A stretch of 64,000 nucleotides of DNA from a virus. Of the stretch, positions 40,743 to 49,264 are shown piece by piece (the stretch's first letter is position 1; the number at the start of each line of letters is the position of its first letter). The notes below the pieces were generated by a model, which was not told the DNA's origin, made no database searches, and saw only the letters and a list, made by a program, of their open reading frames with translations. The stretch is taken from positions 1 to 64,000 of IMG/VR virus record IMGVR_UViG_3300015203_000001; one strand, written 5' to 3'. Position numbers and translations under genes: made by a program.

Positions 40743-41429
40743 ATGAAGAAGATACTTTTATTAGTATATATAGGTTTATTAATCTACGGATGCAAAAAAC
40801 AAGATGTAAATATACTAAGAACTTATAGACCTGAAAAGGTAGATATGATACTACTTAATGAATATATTGACTACAGTATGGCAGTAGAAAGAAAGGCTTT
40901 ATGGAATAAATCTATAACAATACATCCAACACTAGAAGAGTTTAATAGAATGATTGATAATTTCTTAGTTAATGATAGAATTAATTTAAGACATAGATTA
41001 AGTATGATAACCCCAACTAATGACCCTGTAAATGGAGGTTGCTTTGATGGAGATTCAGAAATTCCTATACCTTGTCCTAATGGTAATCCGACAGGTATTA
41101 ATAATTCAATAAGTTGTACAGGTAGTTTCCAAGATTATAATACTGTAAACACTGTTCTATTTACAGCAACTTTAAATAGTTATAATACTGAAATCACCAG
41201 TGATGCTTTTGCTTTTGGTGGTGTAAGTGGTACATGGACAGTAATAGGCCCTATTAATCAACAGCTTTATGATGGCACAATAACATATAAACAGTACTAT
41301 CAGGAGAGTTATGCTATTCCATATTCAGGTGGCCTAGTAGAAAATCAATTATATTTACTTTATGGAAGTATACAGGGTGGTACTTGTACTGTATATGGTA
41401 TGCAAGTACCAAAACCAGTGAGTAATTAA
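40743..41429 (+). CDS. lipoprotein (228 aa)
   Basis: MKKILLLVYIGLLIYGC: signal peptide with a lipobox-like Cys. Confidence 0.6.
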   Translation: MKKILLLVYIGLLIYGCKKQDVNILRTYRPEKVDMILLNEYIDYSMAVERKALWNKSITIHPTLEEFNRMIDNFLVNDRINLRHRLSMITPTNDPVNGGCFDGDSEIPIPCPNGNPTGINNSISCTGSFQDYNTVNTVLFTATLNSYNTEITSDAFAFGGVSGTWTVIGPINQQLYDGTITYKQYYQESYAIPYSGGLVENQLYLLYGSIQGGTCTVYGMQVPKPVSN

Positions 41430-41446
41430 TAAAAATCATAAAGAAT

Positions 41447-41671
41447 ATGCAATTTCAGAAAGTAGAGGATGTAAAACCACCACTTAATTTAGAGGTATTG
41501 GGGTATAATAAAGAATGGATAGATGGAGACTATAATCCTGATGGGATAAATATATGTTTTCTGGATGAAAATGGTTGGGTTACAGCTTATTGGAGTTATC
41601 ACAAGGATAGATATACAAATAGCTATCATATGAAACCCACACATTGGATACATAAACCTAAATTTAATTAA
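41447..41671 (+). CDS. DUF551-like small protein (74 aa)
   Basis: VEDVKPP...EVLGY...GWVTAYW...PTHWIHKP resembles the DUF551 pattern; weak. Confidence 0.45.
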   Translation: MQFQKVEDVKPPLNLEVLGYNKEWIDGDYNPDGINICFLDENGWVTAYWSYHKDRYTNSYHMKPTHWIHKPKFN

Positions 41672-41672
41672 T

Positions 41673-41924
41673 ATGAATGATATAGATACAGACAATAGAT
41701 TAAAAAAGATGATGGAAGATAATCCTGTAGTTTTCTTTTATGTCAATATAGTAAATCATCTCACTAAAGAGCAAATAGAGATACTCATTAAGAAATTAAT
41801 AGATAAAACTAGTAAAAATAATGGACAAATACTAATGGATGCAGTTAAGAAAGTAGATAATGCAAGAAATAAAAAGATACCTGAAAGTGATAAAAAATAT
41901 TTTAAGAAAACATGGGAAAAATAA
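41673..41924 (+). CDS. hypothetical protein (83 aa)
   Basis: ORF track. Confidence 0.55.
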   Translation: MNDIDTDNRLKKMMEDNPVVFFYVNIVNHLTKEQIEILIKKLIDKTSKNNGQILMDAVKKVDNARNKKIPESDKKYFKKTWEK

Positions 41925-42547
41925 GATTATTAACTAAACACCAATTTTTAGAGGGGTCATTTGGAGATAGACCATTTAAATTACTTGATGTAGGAGCAGG
42001 AAATCATTCAGCAAGTAAAACAGTTAAGAGATTTCCTAATTGTAGTTATTATGGCATTGATAAAACATCAAGCTATAATAATACAGTTAAGGATATACAA
42101 GCAATGAGTAATTTTTATTGTCTTAACTTAGATAATCTTGATTTTGATATGATACCTAATGATTATTTTGATGGGTTATGGATGGTTCATGTAATTGAAC
42201 ATTTGGATTATGGGGAAGAAGTTCTTAGAGGATTACTACCAAAATTAAAAAAGGGGGCATATATCTATATAGAAACACCATTAAGAAGCAGTCTTAAAAT
42301 GCCAGGTTCTTTAAGTTTCTGGGATGATGGTACTCATACAAGAATTTATGAGAGAGAGGATACTTGTGCTATATTAAAGGCTAATGGCTGTGGTATAATT
42401 AAGTCAGGAGTAAGAAGAAATATATTCTTTATACTTGCAATGCCTATTAGGGTAATTTGGTTTGCTATAAGAGGTAAAAGATTAATAGCCAATATATTTA
42501 TGGATATAGCTGGATATGCAGGATATGTGTATGCACGTAAATATTAA
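41912..42547 (+). CDS. class I SAM-dependent methyltransferase
   Basis: 211 aa: LLDVGAGNHSAS (motif I), YYGID, LWMVHVIEHL. Substrate unknown. Confidence 0.55.
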   Translation: MGKIRLLTKHQFLEGSFGDRPFKLLDVGAGNHSASKTVKRFPNCSYYGIDKTSSYNNTVKDIQAMSNFYCLNLDNLDFDMIPNDYFDGLWMVHVIEHLDYGEEVLRGLLPKLKKGAYIYIETPLRSSLKMPGSLSFWDDGTHTRIYEREDTCAILKANGCGIIKSGVRRNIFFILAMPIRVIWFAIRGKRLIANIFMDIAGYAGYVYARKY

Positions 42548-42559
42548 AAATAAATAACA

Positions 42560-43180
42560 ATGGATGAAATAAAACAAGCACTTAAAGAAGAAGGGTTTAA
42601 TGGTATAGAGAAACCTGATAAGAAACAGCTTACAGATAAGTTTAGTATGTGTCCAGTATGTGGAGTTACACTTGATGGTGGGGATGCGTATAATGAATTA
42701 GCTAAATTAGGTATTAATACTAATAAATCTCATGAAGAAATATTACAATTAGCTTCTCAGTATGGATGGACTCCTACTAATAAAGTAAGATTTACTAGAT
42801 TAATAGTACAAGATATAAATGGAATAGTATTATATAAATGTCCTAGTATTAGATGTAGTACTGTATTTGGAGGTAAGAATTTATTTGCTTATGAATCTAC
42901 ACAAGATGCATTAGAAAATATACCACTAATAGATAATCCTAAAGATATTGAGAAGCATTTTAAAGGAGTAAGGGACATAGATAATATTGAGATAGAAGGA
43001 GAGAAAGCTGTGTCTGATATGACTGATGATGAAATTAGAGAGTTAATAGAAAGAATAATAGTTAAATATAGAACTACTATTGGATTAGATGCAAGAAGAA
43101 GATTAAAAAGAGATTATTTAGAATTAGCTGCATGGTATAATGAAGAATTTGGCGTAGAAGTATTTAAAATGAGTTTATGA
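42560..43180 (+). CDS. hypothetical protein (206 aa) with zinc-ribbon-like Cys pairs
   Basis: CPVCG ... KCPSIRC. Confidence 0.55.
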   Translation: MDEIKQALKEEGFNGIEKPDKKQLTDKFSMCPVCGVTLDGGDAYNELAKLGINTNKSHEEILQLASQYGWTPTNKVRFTRLIVQDINGIVLYKCPSIRCSTVFGGKNLFAYESTQDALENIPLIDNPKDIEKHFKGVRDIDNIEIEGEKAVSDMTDDEIRELIERIIVKYRTTIGLDARRRLKRDYLELAAWYNEEFGVEVFKMSL

Positions 43181-43362
43181 CACATAACGAAGAGAAAATA
43201 ATAGCTTTAATAGAGATGTTTGGCATGATAGATGGAGCACATCATAAACAATGGTTATTAGATAAGATAGTTAGGATTATACAACCTAATTATGATAATT
43301 GGATCAAAGAATTTAATGAAGATAAAGAACACGAAGAATGGGATATTGGTATTGCACCATAA
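43177..43362 (+). CDS. hypothetical protein (61 aa)
   Basis: ORF track; ATGA overlap. Confidence 0.5.
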   Translation: MTHNEEKIIALIEMFGMIDGAHHKQWLLDKIVRIIQPNYDNWIKEFNEDKEHEEWDIGIAP

Positions 43363-43531
43363 ATAATTTAAGAATTTAATAACAAATTGTTAAAATTTTA
43401 TCACTATCTTTAGCTTCCTTATGCGATTTGATATTTACATTCATAGAATAGAAAAGAGAAAAAAACATAAGCACAGAACACAGCTCATTTTTACAACAAT
43501 CATTAATAATTACAAAATTAAAATTTTAGCC

Positions 43532-43885
43532 ATGACATTAAACACAAAAGAGTTTGTAGATTCAGTCTTAGCATTAGAAGATAGTGATACTAAACAATCT
43601 ATTTCAGCTACCTTTGCTAATATAGTATTAACTAGTTCAGACCCAAGTATCTTTACCGCAGATACAGATGTTAATGCTGATGGTACTATTGATATTGTTG
43701 GTGTATCTACTGGTTTAGCATCTTTAAATGTAAAAGCAGATGCAACTTATACAGATAGTAATACTGGAAAAGAGGTGACTGCATCTAAAGAAGCTAATAT
43801 TGATATTACAGTTAGTGAACCAGCCCCCGGAGCTGAAAATACTGATTTAGTTGTTTCATTTAGTGACCCTAAATCAGTCTCTTAA
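43532..43885 (+). CDS. Ig-like (BIG2-type) domain protein (117 aa)
   Basis: The track ORF 43421-43885 has an implausible basic N-terminal extension; the ATG at 43532 gives MTLNTKEF.... VLTSSDPSIFTADTDVNADGTIDIVGVSTGLASLNVKA resembles bacterial Ig-like group 2 domains. Confidence 0.5.
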   Translation: MTLNTKEFVDSVLALEDSDTKQSISATFANIVLTSSDPSIFTADTDVNADGTIDIVGVSTGLASLNVKADATYTDSNTGKEVTASKEANIDITVSEPAPGAENTDLVVSFSDPKSVS

Positions 43886-43925
43886 TAAAATTTTAGGTAG
43901 CACTAGTGTTCTTTTCTTAAAAATT

Positions 43926-43966
43926 AAAGAGTTATAACTAAAAATTATGGCTCTTTTAATTTTTTG
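43926..43966 (+). terminator. intrinsic terminator ending the rightward block
   Basis: 12-bp stem AAAGAGTTATAA (43926-43937) / TTATGGCTCTTT (43945-43956) with two U-G pairs, followed by TAATTTTTT. Confidence 0.6.
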
Positions 43967-44002
43967 CTTTACCTTTGATACGATTTATTTAGAGTTTTTC
44001 TC

Positions 44003-44043
44003 ATAATTTTTAAAAGATCAAAGGGAAGTTTCTACTTCCCTTT
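44003..44043 (-). terminator. terminator ending the leftward giant-gene block
   Basis: 10-bp perfect stem (44020-44029 / 44034-44043) that includes the stop codon of the 1589-aa ORF; U/A-rich tract downstream on the minus strand. Confidence 0.5.
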
Positions 44044-47000
44044 CTTATATTCATCTTCATATTCCTTCTTAGTTAACCCCAACTTCTTTAATTTAGCTTG
44101 TGTAGGTATCTCCTCATCTAATTCTTCTTTAATTACCTTCTTCCTTTCATCATCATCTGGATACTCTTGCTTAGTAAACTTATTCTCTAAATCCAACTTC
44201 CTCTCTGCTCTCTCTCTCTTAATTTCAATCTTCTCTTTAGCCTCATCTGATTTAAAGTAGTAATCAAATGGTGATTGTTGTTGTTGAGATTGCATCTGTG
44301 TACCAAATCCTCCACTTTCTATAGATTTAAATATGCCCGGTACTAGAGTCTTTTTAGTTTGTGACCACAAATGAGATTTACCTGCATTAACTCCACTCTG
44401 TACTGTATCTCTACCTTGTAATGCTTCATCTATAGCATCTATCTCCTTACCTAAATCAGTCATATACTGTATTACTCCATTACTTCCTATAGTAGATTTA
44501 TATATATCTGAAGGATTTACATACATTCCAGCTTGTGAAGCTAATTGCATTATCCTATTTACTAATAGATTATGAGCTTTCCTCTCTGTACTATCACTTT
44601 TACCCTTATCATCCCAAAATAGAGATTTAACCATTAACATTAATCCTAATAACATTAACTGATTAGCTATATCAGCCATATTAGATTTTAAAGCATTAGC
44701 ATCCTGTCTTGTAAACTTACCTTCTTTTATCCAATTATCAAATTGTTTCCCACTACTATCTATCAACTTCCTCCCAGCTATAGTATTAATAGGCATTCCT
44801 ACCATCTTCTTAATAAGAACTAGAGTACTAGTCATAGTTTCTCTTAATAATCCAACTCCACTATCAGTACCATATGTCTTACCTAAAGCTAAACCTGCTA
44901 TAGCTCCTACTGCTGCTCCTATAGGCCCAAATGTAAATGCTCCTACTGCTGCTCCATGTAATGCTGCTGAACCTGCTCCATAACTTCTATATTTACCCTT
45001 AAATCCCCTATTTCCAGACTGTAAATCATCTTGTTCTATTGCAAATCTCCAATATAACTGTTGAGGTAGCCATGTTTTAAACATTAATCCAGCCTTACCT
45101 AATACTGTAGATTTAGCCATCATACCTCTCATTTCATCATAGTTACCATGAGCTAGTACTAATGCTTTACTTAACTTCTGTTCAAATGTTTTATAATCAT
45201 CCCCCTGTAAATCTTCCCAATTCTTTATGTTTTCTTCTGTCCTAAATTCATCTTTCAGATTTCCATTATTGTCATAAGCATCCCATAATGATGAAATATT
45301 CCCATCCTTATCTTTAATAGTATGATCTTGATCTCTACTACTCCTAAGCATAGCATTAAATAATGCTCCTTGGTTATTATATTCTACTCTCTCATTAATA
45401 GCATGAGGATGTATCCATTCTAATTTATCTGAAAATGTCTTTTCAGTACTTTCCTGTAACTGATTAGCAGTATTCATTACTACTTTAAACTTATCCATCA
45501 AAGCTCTCTGCTTCTTAGAAGTACCTGGTTCCCACTTACCATATGATATATTCTTCCAGAATGAACTATATGTAGTAGCATACCCTCTATATATCATATT
45601 AGGGTCAAAATACTCTCCTGTAGCTGCAATTATCATATTAGACATCCATCCCTCTATATAGTTAGTTACACCTGATGATAAGTTAAATCCTAACCTCATA
45701 GTTCTAATCCATGCTAATAAATTATTAAAGGCTGCTGTAGTAGTTCTAGTTTTACCTAAATTATTTCTTATATTTAATAAGTTAGTTTTAGTTTTATCAT
45801 CTGTTTCCTTAGATATTAAGTCTGTCAATTGATTATACTTCTCCCTATCTTCAGTAGAATAAATTTTCCTACCTATTAATGCCCCCTCTTTAGTACTGCC
45901 AAATATACCTGTATGTCTTAGTCCATAATCATCTAATACTACTCTCTCATACCAATCTTCTATTTGTTTCTTAGCATTATCTCTCTCTCCTTTAGTTGCA
46001 TTTTTATTACCGGGAATATTAAATAGTTGCTTAGATACATTATTTAATTTAGGATTTTTAATACTCTCATAATCATTCTTCATTATATCTATCACAGGTT
46101 TAGCTTTAACTCTTGCACTATACATAGCAGCAGCATAAGTACCATGCTTAATTAATTTAGCAAGGTCAAATGAATATGCTTGGACTACTGTATGAGTACT
46201 GAAATCCCTGATGATTCTACCAATCTCTACACTGTCTCCTGTTATTTTCTTAATACTAGCTACATCCTTACTCCTAGCTTGCTGTACAGTTAGTGGTACT
46301 CCTAAATATTCAGCTAATATTAATAAACTATCAGCATCCATTTTACTCAACTGTAAATTAGTATATCTAGTTATCTTATCTAATTTACCTCCTTTCAATC
46401 CTCCATTATAAGCCTGTAAAAATCTAGCTGCTTCTATAGTCATTCTCTCACTTATAGCCCTTTGATTATTAGCTATAAAACTATCATTTACCCTTCTCTC
46501 TGATTCTCCAGTAATGGCATTTTCCTCTGAATAATCATTTTGACTCTGTTCTACTACTCCAAAAGATAATCTTATTTGTTCCCATATGTGTCTAATTGAT
46601 TCAAATAGATTCCTTAATATATTAGTAGTATTAGTTCCATCTGCTAATAATTCAGTACTATTCTTAAACATAGCAGGGAGACTATTAGTAGAGAAGGATA
46701 ATTGTTTATCATAAGGTAAACATTCTCTTACAAATTGATTACTTGCTACTAATAGATCATGGAATTTACCTAATACTGAATCATTCTCTATATACTTCTC
46801 ATAAGTGTCATTATAATATCCAGTTGGAGTATTTGTATCTTTAAAAGTATAATTATACCCCTTCTCATCCTTCCCTAATTCTACAGTATTCCTTCTAGGT
46901 ATAAATGTATTATATTTCCCATAATTATCTATGTGATTATCAAATATAACTTTAGAGAAATCTGTAACTCCATAGAAAGGACTATTCTGTTTATCCCAAT

Positions 47001-48801
47001 TCTCTAATTGATACCATGCATTATTAGATAAATCTTTAGTCTCTAATACATCTTCAGTGTCCATCAATGTATCTATATAGCTTTGTCTATCATCAGCATA
47101 TTCTCTTAATAATTTCTTCTGCTTTTCAACTTGTTTACTATACTCTTTCTCTCCTAGTAGTGCTACCAATTCCTTCCTATGTCCATCAGACTTTAGAGAA
47201 TTAAACTGTCCTGTAAACTCCTTAAATTCTTCATCTCCAATAATTTCAGGTATAGCTCCTACATCCATTATAGTAGTATTCTTCCTTCTCCAATCTCTTA
47301 ACTTCCTATATGTATCTTTGATTAATACATTCTTAGTCTCTCTGTCTACTGGAGCTACTTTAGCTTTATTATATGAACTCCAGAATACATTCTTAGCTTT
47401 AGCTTCTTCATTCACAAATTCAGGTGTAAATTTAGTTACAAAATTACCTGTCTCATGTCCATCTTTAGTTTTCTCCTTAAATATTTGATATGTCACTGCA
47501 TTAGACCCTAATATTCCCAGTTTCTTCAACTCTTGATTTAATTCTTTAAGTCTCTTTATTACATCAGGATTTAATCTGTCTGTCTCCTCTGCAACTTCTC
47601 TAGCTCCTCTTACATCATCAGCTATAGAACCTTGTAGAGTAGAAAACATTACCTGTGGTAATATGCCATTCTTAGAGAATATCCCCTGTGTTGGGTCCAT
47701 ACTCCACATACTAAACCAGTCAGTATCTCCTAATCCTGTTAACTCATTAGTTACTTCTCCATGAGTAAACTCTTTATCTCCATAAGTATTTTTAACTGAA
47801 GGATCACTATTCACCTGTGCTACAGTTACTTCCTTAATTTTATTAGCCAACTGTTCTTTATAACTAGTAGCTTGATCTGCCCATTCTTTAAACTTATCTC
47901 TTATTTCTTTACTCAATAAAAACTCTCCTGTAGACTTGCCATTATTATCAGTCTGAAATATTTCATCAGTTAAAAAGAAGGGATTTGCTACATCACTTCT
48001 AAATATTCCAGCTTGCTCATAGAAATCTACTAATGCTTTAGCATCTTCTAAATCAGCTACACTACTACTGTCTACTAATCTATCTATTCTATCCAAGTCC
48101 TTCATTACATAAGCTCCTATTGCAAGTGTTGTACTATTATTCTCTATCCTCAATATTTCATCTTCTAATCCCTCTTTATCTCTATTCTTATTCCCCACAT
48201 GAATACCCTCTATCTCCTCTCTTAATCTCCTCTTCTCAATGTTGGCTTTTACTCTCTCATCACTACTAGTTTGAGTACTATTAATCTTTTTATTAATATC
48301 ATTTAGTTTCTGTCTAGCAGATTTAAGTAAATCCTTCTTTAGTTGTAGAAATTTAGGTAGATAGCCTATAGTTATAGTATCTTCTATAGGATTACTACCT
48401 AACTGCTCAAAGCTATTAGGCCCAGTGTTACTATTAACCATATCCTGTTCTTCTTCCTCACTTGCACTATGAAACTCTTGTTTAGTATCAGTTTGATCTT
48501 TAGGGTCTAACTTACCATATTCATAATCTATATATCTAGGATTAACTCTAAATCTAATAGTTATAGGATCATATACAGATATTTGATTTATCTCTCCTCT
48601 AATATTCCCCTTAAATGACTTACTAGCTCTATCTATTAATGATTGAGCTATGGCATGAGCCTGTTCTTTACTCTTAGCCTTACCAGTATTAGTAATCTGT
48701 ATAGTATCTTCAGCTATTCTATTAAAAGTATATCTACCTTCAGTTAACTCACTAAAAGCCTTATCTAGTATAGCCTTATTTAAATCTGCCCTACAACTCA
48801 T
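44032..48801 (-). CDS. large virion / ejection (cargo) protein candidate, 1589 aa
   Basis: ORF track; long helical regions plus the glycine-zipper hydrophobic segment GAGSAALHGAAVGAFTFGPIGAAVGAIAGLALG (about 44876-44990). It follows the RNAP-containing giant gene. Confidence 0.7.
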   Translation of the reverse strand: MSCRADLNKAILDKAFSELTEGRYTFNRIAEDTIQITNTGKAKSKEQAHAIAQSLIDRASKSFKGNIRGEINQISVYDPITIRFRVNPRYIDYEYGKLDPKDQTDTKQEFHSASEEEEQDMVNSNTGPNSFEQLGSNPIEDTITIGYLPKFLQLKKDLLKSARQKLNDINKKINSTQTSSDERVKANIEKRRLREEIEGIHVGNKNRDKEGLEDEILRIENNSTTLAIGAYVMKDLDRIDRLVDSSSVADLEDAKALVDFYEQAGIFRSDVANPFFLTDEIFQTDNNGKSTGEFLLSKEIRDKFKEWADQATSYKEQLANKIKEVTVAQVNSDPSVKNTYGDKEFTHGEVTNELTGLGDTDWFSMWSMDPTQGIFSKNGILPQVMFSTLQGSIADDVRGAREVAEETDRLNPDVIKRLKELNQELKKLGILGSNAVTYQIFKEKTKDGHETGNFVTKFTPEFVNEEAKAKNVFWSSYNKAKVAPVDRETKNVLIKDTYRKLRDWRRKNTTIMDVGAIPEIIGDEEFKEFTGQFNSLKSDGHRKELVALLGEKEYSKQVEKQKKLLREYADDRQSYIDTLMDTEDVLETKDLSNNAWYQLENWDKQNSPFYGVTDFSKVIFDNHIDNYGKYNTFIPRRNTVELGKDEKGYNYTFKDTNTPTGYYNDTYEKYIENDSVLGKFHDLLVASNQFVRECLPYDKQLSFSTNSLPAMFKNSTELLADGTNTTNILRNLFESIRHIWEQIRLSFGVVEQSQNDYSEENAITGESERRVNDSFIANNQRAISERMTIEAARFLQAYNGGLKGGKLDKITRYTNLQLSKMDADSLLILAEYLGVPLTVQQARSKDVASIKKITGDSVEIGRIIRDFSTHTVVQAYSFDLAKLIKHGTYAAAMYSARVKAKPVIDIMKNDYESIKNPKLNNVSKQLFNIPGNKNATKGERDNAKKQIEDWYERVVLDDYGLRHTGIFGSTKEGALIGRKIYSTEDREKYNQLTDLISKETDDKTKTNLLNIRNNLGKTRTTTAAFNNLLAWIRTMRLGFNLSSGVTNYIEGWMSNMIIAATGEYFDPNMIYRGYATTYSSFWKNISYGKWEPGTSKKQRALMDKFKVVMNTANQLQESTEKTFSDKLEWIHPHAINERVEYNNQGALFNAMLRSSRDQDHTIKDKDGNISSLWDAYDNNGNLKDEFRTEENIKNWEDLQGDDYKTFEQKLSKALVLAHGNYDEMRGMMAKSTVLGKAGLMFKTWLPQQLYWRFAIEQDDLQSGNRGFKGKYRSYGAGSAALHGAAVGAFTFGPIGAAVGAIAGLALGKTYGTDSGVGLLRETMTSTLVLIKKMVGMPINTIAGRKLIDSSGKQFDNWIKEGKFTRQDANALKSNMADIANQLMLLGLMLMVKSLFWDDKGKSDSTERKAHNLLVNRIMQLASQAGMYVNPSDIYKSTIGSNGVIQYMTDLGKEIDAIDEALQGRDTVQSGVNAGKSHLWSQTKKTLVPGIFKSIESGGFGTQMQSQQQQSPFDYYFKSDEAKEKIEIKRERAERKLDLENKFTKQEYPDDDERKKVIKEELDEEIPTQAKLKKLGLTKKEYEDEYKKGK

Positions 48802-48805
48802 ATTA

Positions 48806-49249
48806 TTAAGTTAAGTTCTCTAATTTATATATTACGTGTGCTACTGTCTCTATTATATTATCTGTCAACTGTTGTATATATCCACTAGTAATATTCTCTC
48901 TATTAGTTTCTATCTCTTTCATCATAGCTTTAATATAAGGTATAGGTTCTAAATTATTCTGCATAGGCATATCCTTATATTTGTCCATTATACCTACCTT
49001 AGCATAAGATTTCTCTACTAATTCATCATTTAAGTCCCCTAATGCATCATAGAAAGCTCCAAGTGCATTATGTATCTCAAATGACTTATGTACAGCTTGT
49101 AAATGAGTTATATGCATTTGTATTTCTGCATTAAATAAACATTGAGATATATTTTGTATAGCTTGTTTCTCTGTAGTATTTTTACCATTACTAGTACTAC
49201 TTCTAGAAGTACCATACCTATCTGCTAGTGATGATCCTGTAATACTCAT
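48806..49249 (-). CDS. Dps/ferritin-like four-helix-bundle protein (candidate)
   Basis: 147 aa. HITHLQAVHKSFEIHNALGAFYDALGDLNDELVEK parallels the Dps string ..yHW.v.G..F..lH..l...y.......D.iAER. His60-Asp75-Glu79 have Dps-like spacing; His49-His60 is one residue short. Confidence 0.45.
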   Translation of the reverse strand: MSITGSSLADRYGTSRSSTSNGKNTTEKQAIQNISQCLFNAEIQMHITHLQAVHKSFEIHNALGAFYDALGDLNDELVEKSYAKVGIMDKYKDMPMQNNLEPIPYIKAMMKEIETNRENITSGYIQQLTDNIIETVAHVIYKLENLT

Positions 49250-49264
49250 AATATTTAGTTTTAA

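Noticed and set aside
39157-41695. Minus-strand ORFs 39157-39417 and 41489-41695
   Set aside because: They are antisense to co-directional + strand genes and have low-complexity hydrophobic translations.
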